Source: Candidatus Poribacteria bacterium
Lineage (GTDB): Bacteria > Poribacteria > WGA-4E > GCA-2687025
Direction: 5' to 3'
NCBI GenBank assembly: GCA_026004875.1
Contig: BPJZ01000007.1
Location: forward strand, 48,226-112,225
DNA length: 64,000 bases
The notes below the pieces were generated by a model that saw nothing but the letters and a program-made list of their open reading frames with translations, searched no databases and was not told the origin of the DNA. A program made the position numbers and the translations under genes. Shown piece after piece: positions 28,346 through 37,667 of the stretch (positions within the stretch are counted from its first letter, which is position 1; every line of letters begins with the position of its first letter).

Positions 28346-29227
28346 CTAACCGCCCAACAGCGCCAACGCGTTCTGCGGGAGCAGATTCGCCTGGGACAGC
28401 ATCGCCGTCCCCGCCTGCGTCAGAATCTGCGCCCGCGTCAGCGCCGACGCCTCCACCGCAAAGTCCGCATCCCGAATCGTCGACTCCGCCGCCGAGGTGT
28501 TCTCTATCGCCACCAGCAGGTTGCTCTGCGCACGCTCCAAGCGGTTCTGAAAAGCACCTAGCTGCGTCCGAACCTTCGCGATCAGGTTCACCCCCTCGTC
28601 AAACTCGGTCACCAGCGGCAACACCCCGTTCTGCGAGACGAACAGATTCGTCGAAACGTTGATCGTCGTCCCGCCAATGTAGAGCTGTTGCGCCACGGTG
28701 GCCGTCCCGATCAGCGACACCCCGCCCAGGCTGAACGCCAGCGTCATGTTGGAGCTGCTGGCCGCTGTCGTGCCATCACCCACGTAGAAGGTGAAGGTCG
28801 AGGTCCCACCGGTGTTCAACAACGTGATGCCATTGAAGACCGTCGTTGCGGCGATCCGCTGAATCTCGTTCAGCAGGGCAAAGGCTTCCGACTGGATGGC
28901 GGAGCGGTTGTCGTCGTTTAGGGTGCCGTCGGAGGCCTGAATCGCCAGCTCTTTGAGCCGGACCAGCATCGAGCCGATCTGTTCCAGTCCCCCTTCGGCC
29001 GTCTGCAACAGCGTGATCGCTCGGGAGATGTTGTCGTTGGAGGTCTTCTGACCCGCCAACTGCGCCCGCATTCCCTCTGCCATCGTGAGCCCTGCGGCGT
29101 CGTCGGCGGCGCGGACGATCCGAAGCCCCGAAGAAAGGCGCTCCATCCGCTTGCTCAGGTCGTTATTGACGTGGAACAGACGGCGCTGCGTGTTGATCGA
29201 AGCAATGTTGGTATTGACGCGAAACAT
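28346..29227 (-). CDS. fliC: flagellin (paralog 2)
   Basis: Full-length flagellin, 293 aa. The C-terminal two thirds are identical to paralog 3. Confidence 0.9.
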   Translation of the reverse strand: MFRVNTNIASINTQRRLFHVNNDLSKRMERLSSGLRIVRAADDAAGLTMAEGMRAQLAGQKTSNDNISRAITLLQTAEGGLEQIGSMLVRLKELAIQASDGTLNDDNRSAIQSEAFALLNEIQRIAATTVFNGITLLNTGGTSTFTFYVGDGTTAASSSNMTLAFSLGGVSLIGTATVAQQLYIGGTTINVSTNLFVSQNGVLPLVTEFDEGVNLIAKVRTQLGAFQNRLERAQSNLLVAIENTSAAESTIRDADFAVEASALTRAQILTQAGTAMLSQANLLPQNALALLGG

Positions 29228-29578
29228 GGACAGACTCCCTCTCTCTGCTCAACGACGGGTTCCCGTGCCACTCTCCTCCGGGCACACGGTCCCCTGTCCT
29301 GAGAAGTTGGATCCTCTTCAGCTCGTGACTGTTGATCTCAAGCGGGTCGTGGAACCGCTCTCACACACTTAACCGTTCTCGGCCAGGAAGTTTTGTCCCC
29401 GTGTTGAGAGACCCTACTCCCCGCCCTCGTGCCTGATCGGCACACAGGTTCTTGAGCTTTGTAGAGACACACGACAAAGGTCAAGCAACGCTGCCACGCG
29501 GGCAGGATGCCCTGGGGCGTGATTGCGATCGGCAGGGGATAGCCGCTCTACGTTCACTGTTGGCTTCGTTCAGTCATT

Positions 29579-29605
29579 CTATCGGACGAATTCGCGAAAC
29601 CTTTA
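29579..29605 (-). promoter_or_regulatory. sigma28-type promoter for flagellin 2
   Basis: Minus strand reads TAAAGGTT-N11-TCCGATAG. Implied leader about 345 nt. Confidence 0.55.
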
Positions 29606-29668
29606 GTTTTGGAGACGGGAGACGAACAAACCCCACCCAAGGGAACGAGTATGACCAGAAAGAGAAAA

Positions 29669-29697
29669 GAGGCGTCGAGCTAAGTTCTCGACGCCTC
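29669..29697 (-). terminator. rho-independent terminator downstream of flagellin 3
   Basis: Same hairpin as at 28257. On the minus strand it is followed by TTTTCTCTTTCT. Confidence 0.6.
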
Positions 29698-29757
29698 CGT
29701 GTGAGAACGGTCTCCACATCACCTAGGCAGGCGAAGGGAGAACGACGGAAACTCTAT

Positions 29758-30639
29758 CTAACCGCCCAACAGCGCCAATGCGTTCTGCGGGAGCAGATTC
29801 GCCTGGGACAGCATCGCCGTCCCCGCCTGCGTCAGAATCTGCGCCCGCGTCAGCGCCGACGCCTCCACCGCAAAGTCCGCATCCCGAATCGTCGACTCCG
29901 CCGCCGAGGTGTTCTCTATCGCCACCAGCAGGTTGCTCTGCGCACGCTCCAAGCGGTTCTGAAAAGCACCTAGCTGCGTCCGAACCTTCGCGATCAGGTT
30001 CACCCCCTCGTCAAACTCGGTCACCAGCGGCAACACCCCGTTCTGCGAGACGAACAGATTCGTCGAAACGTTGATCGTCGTCCCGCCAATGTAGAGCTGT
30101 TGCGCCACGGTGGCCGTCCCGATCAGCGACACCCCGCCCAGGCTGAACGCCAGCGTCATGTTGGAGCTGCTGGTCGCTGTCGTGCCATCACCCACGTAGA
30201 AGGTGAAGGTCGAGGTCCCGCCGGTGTTTAGCAAGGTCAGGCCGTTGAAGACCGTCGTCGAGGCGATCCGCTGAATCTCGTTCAGCAGGGAAAAAGCTTC
30301 CGACTGGATGGCGGAGCGGTTGTCGTCGTTTAGGGTGCCGTCGGAGGCCTGAATCGCCAGCTCTTTGAGCCGGACCAGCATCGAGCCGATCTGTTCCAGT
30401 CCCCCTTCGGCCGTCTGTAACATCGTGATCGCTCGGGAGATGTTGTCGTTGGAGGTCTTCTGACCCGCCAACTGCGCCCGCATCCCTTCTGCGGCCGAGA
30501 GCCCCGCCGGGTCGTCCTTGGCGCGGACAATCCGAAGGCCAGTCGAGAGACGCTGCATGCGCGTCTGGAGGTCGTTGCTCACGTGGAAGAGTTGTCGTTG
30601 CGCGTTGATCGCAGCGATGTTCGTGTTCACACGGAACAT
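29758..30639 (-). CDS. fliC: flagellin (paralog 3)
   Basis: Start ATG at 30639 (MFRVNTNIAAINAQ), not the longer listed ORF. 293 aa. Confidence 0.9.
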   Translation of the reverse strand: MFRVNTNIAAINAQRQLFHVSNDLQTRMQRLSTGLRIVRAKDDPAGLSAAEGMRAQLAGQKTSNDNISRAITMLQTAEGGLEQIGSMLVRLKELAIQASDGTLNDDNRSAIQSEAFSLLNEIQRIASTTVFNGLTLLNTGGTSTFTFYVGDGTTATSSSNMTLAFSLGGVSLIGTATVAQQLYIGGTTINVSTNLFVSQNGVLPLVTEFDEGVNLIAKVRTQLGAFQNRLERAQSNLLVAIENTSAAESTIRDADFAVEASALTRAQILTQAGTAMLSQANLLPQNALALLGG

Positions 30640-30974
30640 GCGAGAGCCCTTTCTGGATGAGTGCCGAAGGTGCGCGCTGAAGGCACACACCACCACTTTC
30701 TCCCGACGCAGCCGTCGGGAGCTGCTGCTCAACTTTTTCCGTCACGGTTGCGGGTTCCACAGCGCGGATGGAGAGCGACCACGCCTCGACGTATTCAAGG
30801 CGTCGCTGGCCGCGCGAGGTAACCCACGGTGTCCGTTCACGTTCGGTTCCGAGAACCTAGGGGATCGCTCTTTCAATCCTTGCAGTCTCGCTGGAGCCTG
30901 AAGCTCCCGCGCAAGGCGGTCTGATTGCGCTTTTGGCAGGGGATAGCCCTTGCATGTGGCTTCGTTCGTCTGTT

Positions 30975-31002
30975 CTATCGGACGGAGCCGGCCGCTTCTT
31001 TA
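30975..31002 (-). promoter_or_regulatory. sigma28-type promoter for flagellin 3
   Basis: Minus strand reads TAAAGAAG-N12-TCCGATAG. Implied leader about 330 nt. Confidence 0.5.
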
Positions 31003-31025
31003 GCAGAAGACCCCCACAAAAAAGG

Positions 31026-31055
31026 GACCGAAGCGCTCGATCGAGCGCTTCGGTC
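31026..31055 (-). terminator. rho-independent terminator of flagellin 4 (perfect 30-nt palindrome)
   Basis: GACCGAAGCGCTCGA/TCGAGCGCTTCGGTC. On the minus strand it is followed by CCTTTTTTGTGGGGG. It sits between the fla4 stop and the fla3 promoter. Confidence 0.6.
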
Positions 31056-31255
31056 TTAGGGAACTACACGTATCCTGTCCTTGCGGTGGGCGGAGGACAC
31101 CGCTTCACCAAACAGGCGAAAAGAGCGTCGAAGCGAGCCCCGACATGCCTTTCGCCTTCGACTCCCGCGTGAGGGATAAGGCCCGCAGCCTGCGAAAAAC
31201 CAACCCCGAAAGAGGAGCCCACGCGGAGGCACCTCTCCGAGACGAAACGGTCCTA

Positions 31256-32116
31256 CTATCCGAGCAGCGCCAGGACGTTCGCTGGGATCAGGTTCGCCTG
31301 AGAGAGCGCCGCGATCCCCGCTTGTGCCAGCACTTGGGCCCGAGTCAAGGCAGCGGTCTCCGTCGCAAAGTCGGCGTCTCGGATAGCAGAGAGCGAGCTC
31401 TGTGCGGAAGTCATCGCCGTAGCCAGGTTGTTCTGGGCCGATTCCAACCGCCGCTGAAAGGCCCCTAGCTGCGCCCGGACTTCGGCGATCTCGGTCACCG
31501 CACTCTCGGCAACCGCAGCAAGCTCAGCGGCGGCCGTCGCAGAGCCATAGAAGCTCAGCGTCAGCTTGATCGCCGTCCCGTTGATCGTCCCAATACCGCT
31601 GGTGTTCACAATCACCCCTCCGTACGAGAGCAGCAGCGTCTCGTTTGAGGTCCCCGCGCTGCCGTCCCCAACGTAGAGGGTGAAGTTGTTCGTTCCACTG
31701 GTCTCCAGAAGGGTCAGACTGTTGAACTGGGTCGCTTTAACGATCCGGATCACCTCGTTGACCAGTTGGGTCGCCTCTTCGGAGATCTGCGTTCGAGCGT
31801 CATTGCTGATCGTTCCGTCCGCCGCCTGGATAGCCAGCTCTTTGAGCCGCACGTAGATGTCGCCGAGCTGATCCAGGCCGGACTCTGCTGTCTGAATCAG
31901 CGCGACCGCCCGATTGACGTTCTCCATCGCCGCCCGCTGACCGGCGATCTGGGCGACGAAGGTCTCCGAGGCGGTCAACCCGGCCGGATCGTCCGCTGCA
32001 CGGTTGATTCGCAGCCCACTGGAGAGTCGTTCCAGGCGGGTGTTGATCTCGCTGCCCAGTTGGGAGATATTCCGCTGGGCCACCAGCGCCGCAACGTTGG
32101 TGTTGATCCTGAACAT
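31256..32116 (-). CDS. fliC: flagellin (paralog 4, more divergent)
   Basis: MFRINTNVAALVAQRN...LSSGLRINRAADDPAGL and a C-terminal AQVLAQAGIAALSQAN block. 286 aa. Confidence 0.9.
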   Translation of the reverse strand: MFRINTNVAALVAQRNISQLGSEINTRLERLSSGLRINRAADDPAGLTASETFVAQIAGQRAAMENVNRAVALIQTAESGLDQLGDIYVRLKELAIQAADGTISNDARTQISEEATQLVNEVIRIVKATQFNSLTLLETSGTNNFTLYVGDGSAGTSNETLLLSYGGVIVNTSGIGTINGTAIKLTLSFYGSATAAAELAAVAESAVTEIAEVRAQLGAFQRRLESAQNNLATAMTSAQSSLSAIRDADFATETAALTRAQVLAQAGIAALSQANLIPANVLALLG

Positions 32117-32499
32117 GGAGTGTCCTCCTTAAGGCCATGCCGTTCTGTTCCAAAGAGCCCGCTCGGGAGCGCCTCGGAACGGGTCCTTGCAGTCTTCGCA
32201 GCGTCGGGCGACGCCGCGTCGTCTCAGGAACGAAACGCCAACAGTGAACGCAGCCACAGCTGACACATTCAAGCCACATGCAGCCGACCAAAACACACAG
32301 AATGGGCTCTCGCCGGTCGGCAAAAGCACGCCTGACTGCACGACCGTTAGGGGACGCACGGACAACCGTGAGTTGAGCGGAGAAAGTACGCCAGGAACGC
32401 GCCTACTTTGGTCCCTGGGGTCTGTCCGATTCAGTTGTAGAGAGTGAGGCGCTTGGCACTCACACGTATCATGTCACGAAATCATGTCCTTCGACTTTT

Positions 32500-32527
32500 C
32501 TATCGGAAGGAGGGCAGACAGACTTTA
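32500..32527 (-). promoter_or_regulatory. sigma28-type promoter for flagellin 4
   Basis: Minus strand reads TAAAGTCT-N12-TCCGATAG. Implied leader about 375 nt. Confidence 0.5.
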
Positions 32528-32583
32528 GCAGAAATCGTTCGTGTTCCTTAAGAAATCTTCCAGCTTAGAACAGGAGGTGCCTG

Positions 32584-33288
32584 ATGGGGCTGTTTGAGGG
32601 AAAGGTCGCGCTGGTTACCGGCGGAAGCTCCGGAATTGGCAAGGGCTTTGCCGAGTTCTTCGTGGACGAAGGGGCCGCGACGGCGATCGTCGCGCGGGAT
32701 CCCCAGAAGCTGGAGCGGACCGCCGAAGAGCTGCGCACTCGCAGGGCCGACGCTCAAGTGCTAGCCGTCTCCGCCGATGTACGCGACGAGGCGGCCGTTG
32801 AGGCGATGGCCCGCCGAGTCCTGGAGGCCTTCGGACGGGTGGACATCCTCGTCAATAGTGCCGGGCTAGGTATCTGGAAGACCGTCGCGGAGATGTCCCC
32901 AGACGAATGGCGCACCGTGATCGAGACCAACCTGACCGGGACCTTCCTGGTCACCCACGCCGTCATCGGCTCGATGCTCCAGCAGGGGAGCGGGCACGTC
33001 TTGAACATCTCCTCGGTGGCCGGGAAGATCGGGTTCGCGACCGGCTCGGCGTACTGCGCCTCTAAGTGGGGGGTGATCGGCTTCACGCGGGCGTTGGCTG
33101 CTGAAGTCCGGGACAAGGGAATCCGCGTGGACGTCCTCTGTCCAGGGACGGTAGAAACGCCCTTCAAAAACAGCCCTGCGGCCTCCCCGATTCGGCTCCA
33201 GGTCTCCGACGTGATCGCCGCGGCGCGATACCTGCTGACCCTGCCTCGCCAGGTTCGAGTGGACGACATCGTCCTCTACCCGGTGTGA
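32584..33288 (+). CDS. SDR-family short-chain dehydrogenase/reductase
   Basis: TGGSSGIG cofactor motif, NISSVAG, and the YxxxK active site (YCASK). Confidence 0.85.
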   Translation: MGLFEGKVALVTGGSSGIGKGFAEFFVDEGAATAIVARDPQKLERTAEELRTRRADAQVLAVSADVRDEAAVEAMARRVLEAFGRVDILVNSAGLGIWKTVAEMSPDEWRTVIETNLTGTFLVTHAVIGSMLQQGSGHVLNISSVAGKIGFATGSAYCASKWGVIGFTRALAAEVRDKGIRVDVLCPGTVETPFKNSPAASPIRLQVSDVIAAARYLLTLPRQVRVDDIVLYPV

Positions 33289-33403
33289 TCTCTCCGGTCC
33301 GAAGCGCTCTTCCAGGGCCGTCGTGGGCGGCAGTTGCGCTTCCTCTCGCTTTTCCGTATACAGCCTGGGGTCCCTTTGCCCAACGGGAGAGGAGGGGCGG
33401 AGC

Positions 33404-34945
33404 ATGCGCTGGTTCGTTCGAGGGGACATTGACGGGTTCTTTGGCCTTTTCATTGACAACCTGATCCAGCTAATGCTGATCGTCGTGCTGGGAGGGGCGA
33501 TCTGCGGCTTTCCCGACGAGGTGATCGTCGGACGGATGCTCCCGGCAGCGGCGCTCTCCCTGCTGATCGGAAACTTCTTCTACGGTTGGCAGGCTCGTAA
33601 ATTGATGCGGGAGACCGGTCGGGAGGACGTGACCGCGCTCCCTTATGGGATTAACACGCCGAGCCTCTTCGCTTACGTCTTTTTCATCATGGGCCCGATC
33701 TATCGAGAGACGGGCAGCTGGCAACTGGCCTGGCAGGCAGGCTTGTTCGCCTGTCTTTGGAGCGGACTGATCGAAACAAGCGGCGCCTTTGTGGGCGACT
33801 GGCTCCGGCGCAACACGCCGCGCGCGGCGCTGCTCTCGGCGCTGGCCGGAATCGCGATCACCTTCATCGCGATGGGGTTTGTCTTTCAGATATTTGCCGC
33901 GCCGTTTCTGGCGATCCTGCCGATGTTCATCATTCTGGTGGCTTACGCCTCCAAGCGGCGGATGCCCCTTGGGCTGCCGGGAGGGCTCTTTGCGGTGATC
34001 GTCGGGGTGGTGTTGGCCGCGTTCGGACGAGCGCTCGGAGTCACGCTCCCGCCAAGCAATGCGACGCCCTTCACGCCGGGCTTTTACCCGCCGGTGCCCG
34101 TTTTTCGCGACGCGCTGGCCCTGCTTTTCAGCGAAGCCGGATGGAAGTACTTCTCGATCATCTTCCCGATGGGGCTGTTCAACGTGATCGGCTCCCTTCA
34201 GAACTTGGAAAGCGCTGAAGCCGCTGGAGATCGGTACCCCACCCGTCCGTCGCTGTTGGTGAACGGAGTCGGCACGATCGCGGCGGCGTTGTTTGGCAGC
34301 CCCTACCCGACGACCATCTACATCGGCCATCCAGGATGGAAGGCGCTTGGCGCGCGGGCCGGTTATTCAATCCTCAACGGAGCGGTGGTGACGGGGCTTT
34401 GTCTAATCGGCGGGGTCTCACTCGTCCTAAAGGTGGTTCCCATCGAGGTGACCCTTGGCATTCTCCTGTGGGTGGGGATCATCATCACGGCTCAGGCGTT
34501 CCAGGAAACGCCTCGCGAGCACGCGCTGGCCGTCGCCGTGGGGTTAGTGCCCTCCCTAGCGGCCTGGGCGCTCCAACTGGTACAAACCGCCCTTTTAGCC
34601 GCAGGAACCACTCTCTTGGAAGCGCTCGACCGCTTTGGGGGAGACCTGTACATTCACGGCGTCATCGCGCTGAATCAGGGGTTTATTATCACCTCAATGC
34701 TCTACGCGGCCGTGCTCGTCTACGCCATAGAAGGCCGCTTTCGTACGGCGGCGTTGTGGACCTTTGCCGGAGCGATTCTCGCCTTCTTTGGGGTGATTCA
34801 TGGGTACGAAGTCACCGCCGCCGGAGTCGCCAACCGGTTTGGCTGGGGCGTCGGGCGGGAGTTCGCCCTGATGTACGCGCTGACCGGTCTGTTTCTCCTC
34901 TGGCTTCAGCACCGCACCCGGCGGCAGAGCCCCCAGCGCTCCTAG
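33404..34945 (+). CDS. polytopic membrane permease (NCS2/AzgA-like family suspected)
   Basis: ATG follows a GGAGAGGAGG SD. More than 10 predicted TM helices. Family assignment is tentative. Confidence 0.5.
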   Translation: MRWFVRGDIDGFFGLFIDNLIQLMLIVVLGGAICGFPDEVIVGRMLPAAALSLLIGNFFYGWQARKLMRETGREDVTALPYGINTPSLFAYVFFIMGPIYRETGSWQLAWQAGLFACLWSGLIETSGAFVGDWLRRNTPRAALLSALAGIAITFIAMGFVFQIFAAPFLAILPMFIILVAYASKRRMPLGLPGGLFAVIVGVVLAAFGRALGVTLPPSNATPFTPGFYPPVPVFRDALALLFSEAGWKYFSIIFPMGLFNVIGSLQNLESAEAAGDRYPTRPSLLVNGVGTIAAALFGSPYPTTIYIGHPGWKALGARAGYSILNGAVVTGLCLIGGVSLVLKVVPIEVTLGILLWVGIIITAQAFQETPREHALAVAVGLVPSLAAWALQLVQTALLAAGTTLLEALDRFGGDLYIHGVIALNQGFIITSMLYAAVLVYAIEGRFRTAALWTFAGAILAFFGVIHGYEVTAAGVANRFGWGVGREFALMYALTGLFLLWLQHRTRRQSPQRS

Positions 34946-36324
34946 CGGTTTGCTAGAAACTCCCGAACGGCACGACCGGCGCCCTCCAGGTTGTCCAGAC
35001 GCATCTCGGAGTACTTCCTTGAGAGGACGACCCCCTGGGCCCCGGCCTCCAGCGCCGCCCGAACCGCCGCGCCTACAGACTCCGGCGTGCAGCGAGCTTC
35101 GTTCTCCCCTGTTGGAATGTCGATGTCGATTCCCGGCCAGATCATTACGCTGGCGCCGACGCCCCGGAGCGCGCGCAGCGTCTCGCGACGGACGTACTCC
35201 GCGTTGAATCCACGGGCAGAAAGCTCTTCGTAGGGGGGCTGCGTCCCGTCGTAGCCGAGGACCCGATAAAGCCATTCGGTGTTCGCCTGCTCGGGGTGAT
35301 CCCCCAGGAAGGCTCGCCCAATTCCTCGAACGTACCGGGCAAATCGAGGTCCGGCACAGTTGTGATAGGAGACCACCTTGATGAAGTCCGAGTAGTTCCG
35401 CAGATCTGCGTAGTCCTGGGTCGCCCGATAAAACGGGTTGAAGGAGTTTCCGTGATGGATATGCCAACCGACCAGCAGATCGCCCCGGATGGACTTTACC
35501 GCGCCGTAGATCTCCCGATAAAGGGAGCGCTGGCTTTCGGCCCAATGGCGTTCCCATCCAAGCAGGTCCGGATACTCCAAGAGGAGGCGCCACGCCGTGA
35601 CGAATTTTCCGTCGGAAGGGGAATCCTCCCGCATCCAGTCCCGAAGGGCGCGAACGCCTGCCTGGACCCTCTCGACGCGGACCCCTCGCTCCCGAGCCAG
35701 CCGACGGCAAAAGTTGCAAAAACACCCCGTATACCCCGAACCGCTCAACAACGAAGCAAGGGGACCGGTGCGCTCGCTACAAAAGGCGATCCCGTCCAGC
35801 CGGTAGCTGCGGACGTAGTCCTCCAGGATGGAAAGCCACCAGTTCCGATAGTCCGGATGGTTCATGCAGGAGGTGTGAGTTCGCTTCCCGTCGACGTCAA
35901 TTTCGCTGACTTTGACAAAGTTAGGCAGGTGACGAACGTGAGCGTAGTAACTTTCCTCCATCCAGGCAAAGGAGCGCATGCCGCGCTCTTGGGCCGCCGG
36001 CAGGACGGCCTCAAAGAGGTCCCAATCGCCGTGCTCCTGGGCCCTGCCCACCGGACCGAGGAAGGTCCCCCGATAGTACTCCGGACGCATCTGGGCGTAG
36101 TTGCCTCCGACCCAGTCCAGGTCGTACTCCTGGACGCCGTGGTCCGGAAGGGGATGGCCGGGGACCTGCCGCCCGCCGGTCCCGCGCGTCCAGGTCGGAG
36201 TGGCCAGGAACAACGCGTTGACCGCTCCTTTCTCTTGAAGCAGGTCCAAGAGGGGCTCGATCCCCTCATCGTGAAAGGAGACCGCGCCGATCTGAATGGC
36301 GACCGTTAACGGCTGCTCGCTCAT
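34942..36324 (-). CDS. hypothetical protein (possible glycoside-hydrolase-like TIM barrel)
   Basis: 460-aa ORF with genome-typical codon usage. No motif I can name with confidence. Confidence 0.45.
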   Translation of the reverse strand: MSEQPLTVAIQIGAVSFHDEGIEPLLDLLQEKGAVNALFLATPTWTRGTGGRQVPGHPLPDHGVQEYDLDWVGGNYAQMRPEYYRGTFLGPVGRAQEHGDWDLFEAVLPAAQERGMRSFAWMEESYYAHVRHLPNFVKVSEIDVDGKRTHTSCMNHPDYRNWWLSILEDYVRSYRLDGIAFCSERTGPLASLLSGSGYTGCFCNFCRRLARERGVRVERVQAGVRALRDWMREDSPSDGKFVTAWRLLLEYPDLLGWERHWAESQRSLYREIYGAVKSIRGDLLVGWHIHHGNSFNPFYRATQDYADLRNYSDFIKVVSYHNCAGPRFARYVRGIGRAFLGDHPEQANTEWLYRVLGYDGTQPPYEELSARGFNAEYVRRETLRALRGVGASVMIWPGIDIDIPTGENEARCTPESVGAAVRAALEAGAQGVVLSRKYSEMRLDNLEGAGRAVREFLANR

Positions 36325-36355
36325 TGACTTGCCTCCCTGTTTGGATGAGCCAGGA

Positions 36356-37630
36356 TCAATCGGCGGGCTGCGCCTCAGGGGGAAGTGGGTACCGCTGCTG
36401 CTCCGGACGCACCCATTGAGTGGCCGTCAGGGACATCATGGCAAAGAGCGCGCCGCCTAGGAACACCGGAACCGGCCCCAACTCGCTCCACATCCACCCC
36501 CCGATCAGTGGGACTAGCACCGAAGGGATGTGATTCATCGTAACCCCCATCGTCAGCGTCGGGCGGATCTCCTCGGGGGGAGCGATCTTATTGACGTAGG
36601 TCGTCAGAGCGATCGCCCCGACAAAGAGGAGGTTGTCCACGACGTAGAGGATATAAAGCGTCCAAAGGATCGCCGCCTCCGAGAGATAACGGGCCCCGAC
36701 GCTGGGAACCAGAGCGTAGCCGGTAAACACCAGCGTCAGCAGGACGTAGCTTACACTGAGCGTCAACCGCTCGCCGAACCGATCCACCAGCTTTCCGACG
36801 GTGGGGGAAAGAAGCAGGTTGGCCACCTGATTGACGATCATCAGCGTCAAGATCGTCTCGCGGGCGACGCCGTGCTCTTTGACCAGCTGCCAGACGGCAA
36901 ACATGAGAAAGATCTGCTTCCGCGCGCCGGAGAGAAAAGTCAGCAGATAGTAAACCCCGTATCGCCGCCGGAGGAGGAGCCGTCGCTCCGGAAGAGGAAC
37001 GGCATGAGCGCTCCGGGCGGGCTTGGCGGCCCCAATAGCGATCGCCCCCAGTAACAGGAGCCCGCCAGCAAACAGAAACATCCCCTCATACTCCAGCCTC
37101 CCGATCAACAGGAGCGCCAACCCCATCAGGGAGAGGTTCCCGATCCCTGAAGCCGTCCGGAGCCATCCGAGCCACCGGCCCTTCTCCGCCGTTGGGGCAA
37201 ACTGAAGGGCCAAGGTGTTTTGCAGAGGGGCCCAGGTGTGAAAGCCCAAGCTCCAAAAGACACTGATCAGAATCAGCGCCAGCACCCCCGAGCCGCCCAA
37301 CAGCTCGGCCAAAGGCGTTGCCCAGGCGTACGCGGCCATTCCGATCCCCATCACCAGCAGGGAGAGCATCCCCAACCGCACCGCAGGAACGATCATCACC
37401 AACGCCCCGACAAACGCAGTGAGGAAGCCGGGAACCTCCCGGAGCGCTTCCATATAGCCGTACTGATGGGTCTCGATCCCAAAGCGTTCGTGAATGAAGT
37501 TGGCGAACAAAGGGATTTGAATGCCAAAGGCCCCGCCGAGACAAAAGACCGCCCCCACCAGGAGCAGATAGTTGCTCATCGGGGGACGAAAAAACCGGCG
37601 GGCATCCCGACCGGTCAACGGAGGAACCAT
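36356..37630 (-). CDS. MFS transporter
   Basis: 12 predicted TM segments with MFS-like loop charge pattern. Confidence 0.7.
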   Translation of the reverse strand: MVPPLTGRDARRFFRPPMSNYLLLVGAVFCLGGAFGIQIPLFANFIHERFGIETHQYGYMEALREVPGFLTAFVGALVMIVPAVRLGMLSLLVMGIGMAAYAWATPLAELLGGSGVLALILISVFWSLGFHTWAPLQNTLALQFAPTAEKGRWLGWLRTASGIGNLSLMGLALLLIGRLEYEGMFLFAGGLLLLGAIAIGAAKPARSAHAVPLPERRLLLRRRYGVYYLLTFLSGARKQIFLMFAVWQLVKEHGVARETILTLMIVNQVANLLLSPTVGKLVDRFGERLTLSVSYVLLTLVFTGYALVPSVGARYLSEAAILWTLYILYVVDNLLFVGAIALTTYVNKIAPPEEIRPTLTMGVTMNHIPSVLVPLIGGWMWSELGPVPVFLGGALFAMMSLTATQWVRPEQQRYPLPPEAQPAD

Positions 37631-37667
37631 CCCAAACGCCTCACCTCTTGTGCTGCGATCGCGCCTC

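Larger units (their letters stand above)
28255..30639 (-). repeat. tandem direct duplication, two units of about 0.97 kb with period 1412 nt, each carrying a flagellin gene plus its 3' hairpin
   Basis: 28255-29227 and 29667-30639 are near-identical by eye. The 3' UTRs are identical and the C-terminal coding halves are essentially identical. Substitutions cluster in the first ~50 codons. Confidence 0.8.

Noticed and set aside
27047-28561. 504-aa plus-strand ORF, and similar ORFs at 28688-28921, 29452-29973, 30518-30901 and 31766-32263, running antisense through the flagellin genes
   Set aside because: Low-complexity Arg/Gln-rich translations. They mirror the GC3-rich flagellin codons on the opposite strand, which leaves the antisense frames free of stop codons. 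The flagellin frames carry the conserved domains.
33470-34330. 286-aa minus-strand ORF inside the permease gene, and similar antisense ORFs at 22479-23168 and 50675-51739
   Set aside because: Antisense shadows of motif-bearing genes with Arg/Pro/Gly-rich translations.
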